Positions 1 through 9,928 of a stretch of DNA of 64,000 nucleotides are shown here, in pieces. The position numbers and the translations under genes were made by a program. The stretch comes from Gemmatales bacterium (lineage in GTDB: Bacteria > Planctomycetota > Planctomycetia > Gemmatales > HRBIN36): positions 1,088,001 through 1,152,000 of the forward strand of contig JBEPZY010000001.1 of the NCBI GenBank assembly GCA_041640595.1. Direction: 5' to 3'. The notes under the pieces were generated by a model. That model ran no database searches. It saw only the letters and a list, made by a program, of their open reading frames with translations, and was not told the origin of the DNA. Position 1 is the first letter of the stretch. Each line of letters opens with the position of its first letter.

Positions 1-2
1 CT

Positions 3-773
3 ATAACAGAGAAGCTGAATCGCGTGCAGCCGGGCACGTTTTCGCCATTCCACCAAGCGTTATTCCCTCAGTGGTTACTGCTGGCATGGCAATTCGAGAG
101 GACCTGTTCCACCGCCCTTGGAAAATTCTTTGAGAAGGTAGCGAAGCTCTTGGCCAGCAATTCACGCCGATACAAGACCGTAGAAACCCAAAAGAGAATT
201 GAAGGCTATATTTCAAACGCAGCTAGCAGCACTATCAACTCCATTGTTACCCACCTCCGCGAGGGCGGAATAGAAAAGGCAGTCCAGCAGGCGGTTAGCA
301 GCATTGGCAACCGACGGAAGCAAGAATACATCCGGAAAAGCCCTTTCAATGGACTGGCGAGCTTGGTTGCAGGTGCCTTTCGGGCTCCAAATGGTTCCAG
401 AAAAACGATCGTCATAGATTTGTACCTGGAGGGTCTGGACGGGACGGAATATTACTTCGAAATGAAATCCCCTTTGCCGAATAAGGATCAGTGTATAGCC
501 ACTACCGAAAAATTTCTGTGGATCCATGCTATGCGTCCTCAAGGAAAAGTGGTCACTAAATATGCGATGGCCTTTAATCCTTTCGGTGATGACCGGACAA
601 CTTACCGACATTCGATTGCGAAAAAGTATCTGGACTTGAAGACACAGGTGCTTATTGGTCAGGAATTCTGGGACTTGCTTGCAGGCAAAGGCGTTTATCT
701 CGAATTACTGGATGTGTACAAGGAAGTTGGTCAGGAGCTAATTGCCGAATTTGAATCTAAGTTACAAAGATAG
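3..773 (+). CDS. TdeIII-family type II restriction endonuclease, 5'-truncated by the window edge
   Basis: Frame is open from position 3. PD-(D/E)xK-like core IDLYL...YFEMKSPLPNKDQC, plus PFH and LIGQEFWD motifs that I recall from TdeIII-family enzymes. Visibly more AT-rich than its neighbours. Confidence 0.75.
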   Translation: MTEKLNRVQPGTFSPFHQALFPQWLLLAWQFERTCSTALGKFFEKVAKLLASNSRRYKTVETQKRIEGYISNAASSTINSIVTHLREGGIEKAVQQAVSSIGNRRKQEYIRKSPFNGLASLVAGAFRAPNGSRKTIVIDLYLEGLDGTEYYFEMKSPLPNKDQCIATTEKFLWIHAMRPQGKVVTKYAMAFNPFGDDRTTYRHSIAKKYLDLKTQVLIGQEFWDLLAGKGVYLELLDVYKEVGQELIAEFESKLQR

Positions 774-794
774 ATGTCTGAGATTCAGCTCAAA

Positions 795-3700
795 CTAACT
801 TTCGTGTGTCTGTGCGGAAAGGGACGATGTGGGTGATGAGCGATTGACTGGGCCGTTTGTGTCGGTTGTGAGCGGTTTTGAGGTTTTGTCCTTATCGTGC
901 CGGATACTGGAAAATTGCAAGTCGGCGTCTTTTTCCGTGCCGGACGCTGATAAATCCACATGTAGCCGACGCCGGTGCGACCAGAGAATAGCTAAGTCAT
1001 CGAGATAACTATAGACAATGGGAGTGGCCAGCAAGGTAAGCAACAGCGAAAGGGTCTGTCCCCCTACGACCAGAACGGCAATAGACCGCCGTTCTTCCGC
1101 ACCAGGGCCCCGACCTACTAACAGCGGCAACATGCCGGCCACGAAAGAAAGCGTGGTCATCAGGATAGGACGCAATCGGTCGCGATTAGCTTGCATAATC
1201 GCTTCCAAGCGCTCCAGGCCTTGCTCTCGCAACTGATTAGTGTGGTCAACTTGCAAAATCGAGTTTTTCTTTATCACGCCAAACAGGACTAATATTCCCA
1301 GGGCTGAATATAAGTTAAGCGTTTCGCCACCCCACCACAGACTTAGTAACCCAAATGGCACCGCTAACGGCAGGGAAATCAAGATGGTGAGCGGATGAAT
1401 GAAATGTTCGAATTGCGCGGCCAGTACGATGTACATGAAAATGAGCGACAGCACGAACGCCCAGGCGAAATCGCGGAACGTGCGCTCTAATTCCCGGCCA
1501 CGACCAAGCACGCGGAAGGAATAACCCGGGGGCAGATTTAGTTCCTCGGCAGCACGACGTAAACGCGCAAGGCAATCTCCGAGAGCGTAACCAGGAGCAA
1601 CATTGCCCCGAATCGCCACCATCCGTTGTCGGTCCACACGGTCAATTCGTGCAGGGCTGAAGGCTTCCTCAAATCTCATCACCGTATCGAGGCGTACCAG
1701 CCTGGGGCGATTTGTCGTCCCTGTGACCACCGGATTGCCGAAACTAAGTCGTGGCAACGGTGTCGCCCCCGACCGAACATAGAGTTGCTCGATTTTGGCC
1801 TTACTGCCGCGATCATCACCGATTAAACGTAACTCCACGTCATAGACATCGTCTAACTTTTCGTCGCGGTACCTCGACACACGATCGTCTCCGCCTACCA
1901 TAAGTCGTAACGATACCGCGATCTCTTGGGCATCTATGCCCAGTTCCGCAGCTTTCTGGCGATCGATCCTGCCCACCAGCTCCGGTTTGTCCAAGCGCAA
2001 GGTTATATCGGCGTCAACAATGCCGTCCAGACCACCGTTAGGGTCATTAATGCGATCTAATAACTGCTGAGCGTACTTAGCCAGCGGGAGCAGTTCCGGT
2101 CCGGTGAGCACGAAATCTATATCCACGGGTGCACCCTGGCGCAAGGAAGTCAGGTTACGCACAGAAACCCGCAGATCAGCAAACCTCGACTGGCGAAGTC
2201 GTCGGCGAATTTCCACCATTTTTTCCCGCTGAGTATAGTTGTTGCGAAAGGCATTCCAGGGTTGGCCGCGTAAGGTTTCGCGTATCAGTCGCACGATAGA
2301 GAAGGTGCGTTTTTCTAAGTCTTCCAGCCGCACGTAAATATTCGCACTGTTGACCCGTCCCAGACCGGAACTGCCGACAGTTGTCAGGAGATGAACGACG
2401 CCTCCGACTTGGCGGATTTCCTCCTCGACAGCTTCGACGACGCTGCGCATACCTTCGATACTCAGTCCCTCCGGTGCCTGGATGCTCACTTCAAATTCAG
2501 ACTCGTCCACGTTTGTAGGGACATAATCCTGTTGCACCAGGAAATAGAGGGGCACATTGGAGAGCAGAACAACGATGCTTAGAACGCCCACAATCCAGCG
2601 ATGCCGCATGCACCACCGGAGCATGGCAAGGTAAACGACTTCAATCCAGTGATAAAAACCGCTTCGCGATGTGGCTTCGCCCTCGCGTACGTCATGCCGA
2701 AGAAATCGGCTGCAAAGCATCGGGGTGAGCGTGAACGATACCAGCAGGGAGACAAGCACGGCTACGGATGCCGTGATGCCGAATTGATACAGAAACCGCC
2801 CCGTGATGCTGGACATGAACGAGACCGGCAGGAAAACGACCACCAGAGAAAAAGTGGTGGCAAGCACTGCCAGACCAATTTCGCGGGTACCTTCGATGGC
2901 GGCCTGAACCGGAGGCAAGCCCTTTTCCTCCATGGCGCGGAAGATGTTTTCGAGCACCACGATGGCGTCATCAATGACCACGCCGACCATCAACACCAGG
3001 GCCAGCATGGTAACGTTGTTCATCGTGAAGTTGAGTGCTCGCATTACGGCAAAAGTAGCGATAATCGAAGCGGGAATGGCAATGGCAGCGATCAGTGTCG
3101 AACGCCAATTCCGCATGAACAGCAAAACAACGATGCTGGCCAGCACACTGCCGACAATCAGGTGCAGCCGAATTTCGTGCAACGCCGCCAGAATATAGCG
3201 GGACTGGTCCTGAATCACCTCGATATGGACGTCGGGGTAATGCTCGCGGAGATAAGCCTGGGCTTTGACCAGCCGCTCTTTGACCGCTTGGATGACCTCG
3301 ATAGTGTTGCTGCCGGATTGGCGTTGCACGGTGAGCACAACGGCCGGGTTGCCGTCCAATCGAGCAAGAGTGCGAACTTCCTTTTGGCCGTCGGTTACCT
3401 GACCGAGATCGCCAAGGGTAATTTTGCGGCCGTTGATGGTGGCGACAGTCAGGTCGCGGAACGATCGAACGTCGGGAAGTCGGCTCAAGGTACGCAGGCT
3501 CCATTCCCGCGGTCCGGACTGAACATTGCCACCGAAACCCTCGGCGTTCTGGCGGATGAGAGCGTCACGCACCTCGGTGATGGAAATTTGGTAAGCGGCG
3601 AGGCGACGGGCGTCAATTTCGACTTGAATGGCTCGTTCGGTCGCACCGTATATGTTGACCGCCCCCACACCGGGAGCGGATTCAATCATGTCTTTGACAG

Positions 3701-4184
3701 CCTTGTCAGCAATGATGTAAAGCTCACGGCTGTCGCGGTGTGGGCCACCTGCAATGGCCAGCGACAACACGGGCGAGGAATCGGTGTCCAGTTTGCGAAT
3801 CACTGGAGGATAAGCGTCTGCTGGGAGACGATTGAGAACAGCCCCAATAGCATCGCGCACATCCTGAGCCGCGGCGTCCAGGTTGCGATTCAGGGTAAAC
3901 GTCAGTAACAGCAGTGAACGTCCTTCGGTCGAAATGCCGCGCAGCTCATCCAGACCCTCCACGGTAGCCACTGCGTCCTCTAACACCATCGTTACTTCCG
4001 ATTCCACCTCTTCCGCAGAGGCATTGGGCAATAGAGTCGAAACGGTGACCGTGGGCAAATCCACCTTGGGAAAACGGTCCACACCCAGTTGCCAGTAAGA
4101 TGCAGCGCCCGCTACCACCAGAGCCAGCGTCAGCATGGTGGCAAAGACAGGTCGCCTGACACATAGTTCTGCCAACCACTGCAC
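795..4184 (-). CDS. RND efflux transporter permease (AcrB/AcrD/AcrF family)
   Basis: 1129 aa with RRPVFA N-terminus, GVVIDDAIVVLENI, KNSILQVD and RLRPILMT motifs. Confidence 0.97.
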   Translation of the reverse strand: MQWLAELCVRRPVFATMLTLALVVAGAASYWQLGVDRFPKVDLPTVTVSTLLPNASAEEVESEVTMVLEDAVATVEGLDELRGISTEGRSLLLLTFTLNRNLDAAAQDVRDAIGAVLNRLPADAYPPVIRKLDTDSSPVLSLAIAGGPHRDSRELYIIADKAVKDMIESAPGVGAVNIYGATERAIQVEIDARRLAAYQISITEVRDALIRQNAEGFGGNVQSGPREWSLRTLSRLPDVRSFRDLTVATINGRKITLGDLGQVTDGQKEVRTLARLDGNPAVVLTVQRQSGSNTIEVIQAVKERLVKAQAYLREHYPDVHIEVIQDQSRYILAALHEIRLHLIVGSVLASIVVLLFMRNWRSTLIAAIAIPASIIATFAVMRALNFTMNNVTMLALVLMVGVVIDDAIVVLENIFRAMEEKGLPPVQAAIEGTREIGLAVLATTFSLVVVFLPVSFMSSITGRFLYQFGITASVAVLVSLLVSFTLTPMLCSRFLRHDVREGEATSRSGFYHWIEVVYLAMLRWCMRHRWIVGVLSIVVLLSNVPLYFLVQQDYVPTNVDESEFEVSIQAPEGLSIEGMRSVVEAVEEEIRQVGGVVHLLTTVGSSGLGRVNSANIYVRLEDLEKRTFSIVRLIRETLRGQPWNAFRNNYTQREKMVEIRRRLRQSRFADLRVSVRNLTSLRQGAPVDIDFVLTGPELLPLAKYAQQLLDRINDPNGGLDGIVDADITLRLDKPELVGRIDRQKAAELGIDAQEIAVSLRLMVGGDDRVSRYRDEKLDDVYDVELRLIGDDRGSKAKIEQLYVRSGATPLPRLSFGNPVVTGTTNRPRLVRLDTVMRFEEAFSPARIDRVDRQRMVAIRGNVAPGYALGDCLARLRRAAEELNLPPGYSFRVLGRGRELERTFRDFAWAFVLSLIFMYIVLAAQFEHFIHPLTILISLPLAVPFGLLSLWWGGETLNLYSALGILVLFGVIKKNSILQVDHTNQLREQGLERLEAIMQANRDRLRPILMTTLSFVAGMLPLLVGRGPGAEERRSIAVLVVGGQTLSLLLTLLATPIVYSYLDDLAILWSHRRRLHVDLSASGTEKDADLQFSSIRHDKDKTSKPLTTDTNGPVNRSSPTSSLSAQTHES

Positions 4185-4316
4185 CGCACTATCTCCAGGC
4201 AGGTCGGTTAGAAAAAGGTGGGAGCAGCAAAAGCGGGTCGAGGGATAAGATTTATCGTTGCCCAGACGCCATCAGCGAGTAAATTGTCACGCCCGAGGAG
4301 GCATTACCAATTTTAC

Positions 4317-5705
4317 TTACTCCCAGAACCACAGCCAGGTCAGCAACACGAACAAAGGCATCAAAATCGGAATCGTCACACGCACAATGTAGCCGAAAAA
4401 GCTGGGCATGGGATAGTTATTTTCCTCGGCAATCGCTTTGACCATGAAGTTTGGTCCATTGCCGATGTAAGTGTTGGCACCCATGAAAACAGCACCACAA
4501 CTAATCGCCTCGAGCAGGATGGGGCGATGGTGAATCAGCTGACTAATTTCGTGAGGGGCAGCCGCCAGGGTCGCAAAAGTCAGATAGGTCGGCGCATTGT
4601 CCAAGAACGACGACAGCACCCCGGTCAACCAGAAAAACTGCCAGGGCTTTTCCAAATTCCAGGAGGGGCCATGAATTTTTAGAAGCTCCAGCACCGGCCC
4701 CATGGTAATAAAAATCCCGGCAAATAAAACCGCCACTTCGATAATCGGATTCCAGGTGAAACCGTTTGCCGTTCGAACACCGCGCGGAGTAAACAGCAAG
4801 GAAGCCAACGCGATGACGATCATACCGACAGCCGCCCACAGTGGTGAAAGTCCTTGCTGTAATAGCCATGCTTGCGCCAGCACACAAGCCACTACACCGA
4901 GCAAGAAAAGCAGGTTGATTTTGCCCCGTAACCAGGGTGGCGCATTGACGGTGTCTAGCGTTTTCTTTTGCGCTGGCACGAGTGATTTTTCTCGCACGAA
5001 AAGCCAGCTGTCATAGATGAAAAAAACAGCCAGCACAATTCCGTTGGCGATAAGCCATTCCCGCCACAAGCGTAAGGTCCAGGTGAATGGAACACCTCGC
5101 AGGAAACCCAAAAACAAAGGGGGATCGCCCAGTGGTGTGAGCAAGCCCCCCATATTGCTGACCGTGATCAGAAAGAAAATCGGAATGTGCCCCCGTTGTG
5201 GACGGTGCTGATTGAGCCGAAGGATTGGACGAATTAACACCATGCTCGCCCCGGTGGTGCCGATGAAGTTAGCCAGGATGCTCCCGGTCAGTAAAAAGCC
5301 AAGGTTGGTAATTGGATTGCATGCAAAACGGTCTGCCAGCAACAAGCCACCCGCCACCACGTACAACGAGCCCAGTAAGGTGATAAACGCGGCGTATTCT
5401 TCCAGTGCGTGAAGCAAGACGTGCAGACCTGCATCACCAGCCAGGAGCAGATACACCGTGGTCGGAGCGGAAAAGAGAGCCGCCACTAAAGCCCGACGAA
5501 AGTTGGACTCCCAAAAGTGGGGAAAAATCAGCGGCAACAAAGCGATCGCCAGCAGCAACCCGACGAAAGGAGCTACTGTCCAGAGTGGCGGATGCAGCTG
5601 AGCCTCGGCTGCGAGAACACAGCCAGGAGCTTGGCACCAAATTAACAACGCCAGTGCCGCGAGCGCGACTTTCCGCTCAGCCGGGGATCGCACCAGAAGC
5701 GTCAT
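4317..5705 (-). CDS. IT-superfamily sodium:proton antiporter / citrate transporter-like membrane protein
   Basis: Polytopic hydrophobic ORF with IGTTGASM, SNMGGLLTPLGDPPLFLGFL, SSFLDNAPTY and TYIGNGPNFMVK. Start uncertain (5705 or 5723). Confidence 0.85.
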   Translation of the reverse strand: MTLLVRSPAERKVALAALALLIWCQAPGCVLAAEAQLHPPLWTVAPFVGLLLAIALLPLIFPHFWESNFRRALVAALFSAPTTVYLLLAGDAGLHVLLHALEEYAAFITLLGSLYVVAGGLLLADRFACNPITNLGFLLTGSILANFIGTTGASMVLIRPILRLNQHRPQRGHIPIFFLITVSNMGGLLTPLGDPPLFLGFLRGVPFTWTLRLWREWLIANGIVLAVFFIYDSWLFVREKSLVPAQKKTLDTVNAPPWLRGKINLLFLLGVVACVLAQAWLLQQGLSPLWAAVGMIVIALASLLFTPRGVRTANGFTWNPIIEVAVLFAGIFITMGPVLELLKIHGPSWNLEKPWQFFWLTGVLSSFLDNAPTYLTFATLAAAPHEISQLIHHRPILLEAISCGAVFMGANTYIGNGPNFMVKAIAEENNYPMPSFFGYIVRVTIPILMPLFVLLTWLWFWE

Positions 5706-6134
5706 AGCCCACGTTTCCCGCAATGCGTAAGGAAAAAGTCAAACCGAATTGTAGAAGGTCCCCAGCTCCCAAGGTATATCAGTCCCCGCTAGTTGTTGAC
5801 AGGGGAAAAATTGTTCGCCACCAAAGCAAAATTTTTCGTGAAGACGTCTTGAAATCGCCGTTGCCAGCATTTACAATCAATTGTCCTGGAAAGGGCTGGA
5901 AGCATTCCATGAAAACCCGCCTAACGATGGTTCCTTTCGGAGCAGGGATTGAGGCCAGCGAGGGAAATCGCAAATTCTGTTGTCCCAGAACGATCCGACC
6001 ATTCACAGCGTAAATACCGGAGAACGGCCTATTCCCTGGAAAATGCGTGACTTGGCGAAAAACCAGCCCTGGCCTATCGACCACAACCAATAGCTGGCCC
6101 GTCCCGCTCTTCTCGCCATGCAAAGGACTCAGGC

Positions 6135-7154
6135 ATGAAAGCACAAGGCAAGAAGCGGAAGGTGTGTCGGAAGAAGAAAAAGCAATCGCTTCTGGGCTCG
6201 GCTACCCCCGAAACAGCCTTCTCATCCGACCTTTTGACACCTGAAGAAGAAAGGGAGCTGCTGGCGGAGTTCTGGGAATGTAAGTGCGACTTGGTGAAGA
6301 CTATTTTGCGCGAATTCCCCAAATTACGCGCTCATCGGCCTCCCATGGAACCCTGGCCAATGGCCCAGTTTATCCGCGACTATTGCAACGACGAGACGTT
6401 AGAACGACCGGCAGTAAAAAAGTTGTACGATCGCTATGTTACCTACAAACACCGTTTGGCATCGGCGAATATCCGTTTGGCAGCGCACGTTGCCAAGAGG
6501 TTTCGTCATCACGCTTTAAGCTATGCCGACCTGTTGCAGGAAGCGGTATGCGGCTTAATGCAGGCCATTGACCGATTCGACGTCAGTCATGGTACGCGAT
6601 TAGCTACTTACGCCACCTGGTGGATTCGCCAGACTCTGCAAATTGCCGTGGCCCGACAAAGTCATCTGGTCAGCCTGTCGCCCCATCACCTGCAAGAGCT
6701 GGGACTGTTGCAGCAGGAATCCGAAGCTCTAGCTCATGGTGGCAAAGTCCCCAGCGCACAGGAGTTGGCCAGACGGACAGGGTCCAGCCTGGAGCACCTG
6801 GCTCACCTGCAGACAGCCACACGAACTCCGGTCTCCCTCAACGCAGTCCTCGACGACGACAGCGAGTTTAAACTCACGGAAGCAATGCCCGACGTGGCCA
6901 GTGCTCTGGAACGCGAAAAGCATGAACGGGCGGAGTCGCTGCGCTACTTGCTGGAACAATTGCGGCCACGCGAGCGGAAAGTTCTCGACCTGCGCTATGG
7001 TTTGACCGGCACTGGTTCGCACAGCCTGCGGCAAATCGGGCACCTGCTGCGAATCAGCAAAGAACGAGTCCGCCAAATCCAGAATCGCGCTCTGGAAAAA
7101 CTACGCGCCAAGGCTGAACAAGCCGGGTGGGAACCCACCCTGCTGCTAGAATGA
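6135..7154 (+). CDS. Sigma-70 family alternative sigma factor (RpoD/RpoS-like, no region 1.1)
   Basis: Region 2 ANIRLAAHVAK, DLLQEAVCGLMQAIDRFD and TYATWWIRQ; region 4 SLRQIGHLLRISKERVRQIQNRAL. Confidence 0.95.
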   Translation: MKAQGKKRKVCRKKKKQSLLGSATPETAFSSDLLTPEEERELLAEFWECKCDLVKTILREFPKLRAHRPPMEPWPMAQFIRDYCNDETLERPAVKKLYDRYVTYKHRLASANIRLAAHVAKRFRHHALSYADLLQEAVCGLMQAIDRFDVSHGTRLATYATWWIRQTLQIAVARQSHLVSLSPHHLQELGLLQQESEALAHGGKVPSAQELARRTGSSLEHLAHLQTATRTPVSLNAVLDDDSEFKLTEAMPDVASALEREKHERAESLRYLLEQLRPRERKVLDLRYGLTGTGSHSLRQIGHLLRISKERVRQIQNRALEKLRAKAEQAGWEPTLLLE

Positions 7155-7367
7155 ACTTTTCCGCGAAACCTGAAGCGGAAGCCATAAATCCCATGCAGCC
7201 TCAGAACGGGCGAACTTCACCAGCTAAAATAGCAATGGGCTGGGTATTGGAGATTCTGTCCCCACTGTTTCGTTGCGTCTGGTATTTCCATTGTAAGCCC
7301 TCGGGTAAACTGTGCTCAACCGAAAGTCCAGCGGCGTGAAAACCGCTGCTTGCTGCGGAGAGATGAT

Positions 7368-7976
7368 ATGACCCCGGCACTAGCGGAACGCATCGCCCAG
7401 TTTCGCAAAATGGCCCAGGACGACCCAGAAAATGAGTTGGGCCACTTTGGTCTGGGAAAAGCGCTCCTGGAAGCCGGCGAGTTTGCTGAAGCCGCCAGTG
7501 CTTTCGAGCGTGCTTTGCAACTCAACCCGGAATTCTCCAAAGCCTACCAATACCTCGGCGAATGTTATGCCCGGTTGCAGCAGCGTGAGAAAGCTCTGGA
7601 GGTTTTCCTGCGGGGCTACCAGGTAGCCGACCGACGTGGCGATCGGATGCCGCGGGAAGAAATGGCCCAGTGGATTCGACAGCTTGGCGGTCAGGTTCCC
7701 GAGGCGGCTAAAGTTCCGACAGCTGATCAGTCAGCTGGTGGCTTTCGGTGCCAGCGTCCCGGTTGTCCTGCAGGTCCTTTCGCCCGGCAGCTGCCCAAAC
7801 CACCCATGAACGATGAACTGGGGCGACTGATTTATGAGCGCATTTGTGCCGACTGCTGGCGGGACTGGCTGGCTATGGGAATCAAGGTAATCAACGAGCT
7901 GCGGCTCGACCTGAGCGATGAAATGGGCCAGAAAACTTACGAAATGTATATGAAGCAGTACCTGGGTCTGGAATGA
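7368..7976 (+). CDS. TPR-repeat protein fused to a YggX-like Fe(II)-trafficking domain
   Basis: N-terminal TPRs (GHFGLGKAL...ALQLNPEFSKAYQYLG); C-terminal LGRLIYERICADCWRDWL...INELRLDLSD resembles YggX. Confidence 0.85.
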   Translation: MTPALAERIAQFRKMAQDDPENELGHFGLGKALLEAGEFAEAASAFERALQLNPEFSKAYQYLGECYARLQQREKALEVFLRGYQVADRRGDRMPREEMAQWIRQLGGQVPEAAKVPTADQSAGGFRCQRPGCPAGPFARQLPKPPMNDELGRLIYERICADCWRDWLAMGIKVINELRLDLSDEMGQKTYEMYMKQYLGLE

Positions 7977-8051
7977 ACGTTTGGCAAACAAAGCTAACTG
8001 TGTCTGCGTGCGTATAGTCTCAGCGCTACTCCGGCAATTATCGGAAGCTAT

Positions 8052-8864
8052 ATGCCCGGCTCCGAAACTGACAAGGAACATTTCGGACAGAGCAGCGTTC
8101 GGCATTACTGGCTGACCTACGGCCTGGTTGGCTATTGCGGCCAATTTCGATTTGTCAGTAACGCCCAATTACAGCGTGGGCAACTGGTATTGATTCGTTC
8201 TCACCGCGGCATTGAAATTGGACGAGTTCTCTGGCCGGTTATGGCAAGGCTTGATGGCCTTCGTGAGTCCAGCAGCAGAGTCGCAGTTCCGCGGAGTGTG
8301 AGTAAACCCATTGGTGACGTCCTGCGACCTTTGGACGATACCGACCCGTTCCTCCGGGAGCATTGCCGTCGGGTGTCGGAGATTTCTTCCTGGCTTGAGG
8401 AAAAGCTCCAAACCGACGGTGAACGAGGCGTGATCTGCGAGGTGGAATGCGTTTATGAACCGTTGCGGCTGGGCGTGCTCTATCTCGGCTTGCATCCCGA
8501 AGCGGTCGCCAGACTGAGCACACTTCTGGAGCAGCAATTTCACACTTCAGTGGAGTGGTACGATGCCAGCGAATGGCTCGATGCCGATCGGGCTTGGCAG
8601 GACCGTTTACAAGCAGGCGAAAGATTGTACCCGCCCCGGAACGAAGAACCATTCCAGAGTGGCGGATGCGAAACATGCGGATGCGCTCGCAACCAGGCGC
8701 ACCAGATGCAACAAACATCGCATCGCAGTTGTGCCTGCACTGCAACCGCGGCTACCACGCAGCAACAAAGTGCACTAGCATCCGCAGGTTGCAGCACCTG
8801 CGTTCTTTTCGACTGGATTCGCAAAATCCGTCAAGTCGGAAAAGTATGTTCCGCTCGCCGTTGA
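8052..8864 (+). CDS. PSP1/RicT-like protein with Cys-rich C-terminus
   Basis: RGQLVLIRSHRGIEIGRV and IGDVLRP resemble the PSP1 N-terminal part; tail contains GGCETCGC and GCSTC. Confidence 0.55.
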   Translation: MPGSETDKEHFGQSSVRHYWLTYGLVGYCGQFRFVSNAQLQRGQLVLIRSHRGIEIGRVLWPVMARLDGLRESSSRVAVPRSVSKPIGDVLRPLDDTDPFLREHCRRVSEISSWLEEKLQTDGERGVICEVECVYEPLRLGVLYLGLHPEAVARLSTLLEQQFHTSVEWYDASEWLDADRAWQDRLQAGERLYPPRNEEPFQSGGCETCGCARNQAHQMQQTSHRSCACTATAATTQQQSALASAGCSTCVLFDWIRKIRQVGKVCSARR

Positions 8865-8922
8865 TGGTGCTGGGACTTGCAAAGGCAGGGGTGGGCCTGC
8901 GCAGGACAATTGGGCTGAGCGT

Positions 8923-9453
8923 TTAGACCAGCGATTTCAAGGCCGCAAGGGCCTTTTCGTAGTCCGGTTCCTGAGTAACTTCGGGTACGAGCTGACAGTA
9001 TCGGATTACCCCATTAGCGTCCACAACGAAAACGCTCCGGGCCAGCAATTTCAGCTCATCGATCAGCACGCCGTATGCCTGACCAAACGACCGATCCTGA
9101 TAGTCGGATAAGGGGATGGAATTGGTGATGTTGCAGGTACTGCAAAAGCGGTTCTGGGCAAATGGCAAATCCACGCTGACCGTATAGCAATTGACTTTAC
9201 CGGCCAGCTCTGCCAGGGCAGCGTTGAACTTTTGCGTTTGAGTGCTACAGACAGGCGTATCCAGGGAAGGCACCACACTGAACAAAGTCGGTTTCCCACC
9301 CAAAGCATCTGCCAGCGTAACTTTTACCAATCCCTTATCGGGCAGAAAACGGAAACACACAAAGTCAGGAGCCTTGTCACCCGGCTTCAGCTCCGGACCG
9401 ACCAGGGTCAAGGGATCGCCTTTGAAGGTCACCGCGGCAGGACGTTTCAGCAT
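8923..9453 (-). CDS. tpx: Thiol peroxidase (atypical 2-Cys peroxiredoxin)
   Basis: VPSLDTPVC and SVDLPFAQNRFC motifs; AGGAGG SD upstream of ATG 9453. Confidence 0.96.
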   Translation of the reverse strand: MLKRPAAVTFKGDPLTLVGPELKPGDKAPDFVCFRFLPDKGLVKVTLADALGGKPTLFSVVPSLDTPVCSTQTQKFNAALAELAGKVNCYTVSVDLPFAQNRFCSTCNITNSIPLSDYQDRSFGQAYGVLIDELKLLARSVFVVDANGVIRYCQLVPEVTQEPDYEKALAALKSLV

Positions 9454-9928
9454 AGATTCTCCTCCTGCGGAATGTTGTCTGAATCGAGCCGACTCTCTCC
9501 GGCCCCGTTTCCTCCGATACGCTACCCGCAACCAGACGTCGTCTGGTTTTCGAGCAGATACACAATACGAACATTGGCCGCTATCGTCAAAGACCCGCCC
9601 GCACATTTTTGTTCAGCACTGCCGGCAACCCGGTTGCAACCAGGCAAGGTTCACCAAAAGCTAATGCCACGAGCGAACAGATACCCGCGACCTCACCCCT
9701 TTGCTGCGGGTTAAGCGAGTCGGCTTCAGAGTAAAACCGGTGAGCTGCCACAGCAAGAGCTATGCAGCATCAAACTGCTGCCATTCGGAAAACAGGTGCA
9801 GCGCAGGATAGCGCAGTTCGCAAGTATTTCTCGGCGGCAAAACAGGCTCGCATCTTTCGCAGTAACCAGCAAACTCAGGGTTTCGCCGAATTGTGGGAAT
9901 AAAAGGCATCTCACTTTCGGTACCGTGT

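Noticed and set aside
2601..3908. Long antisense ORFs (also 23695-24771, 27023-27898, 30671-31606, 59923-60864 and others)
   Set aside because: They are shadow frames of well-supported genes in GC-rich DNA and carry no motifs.
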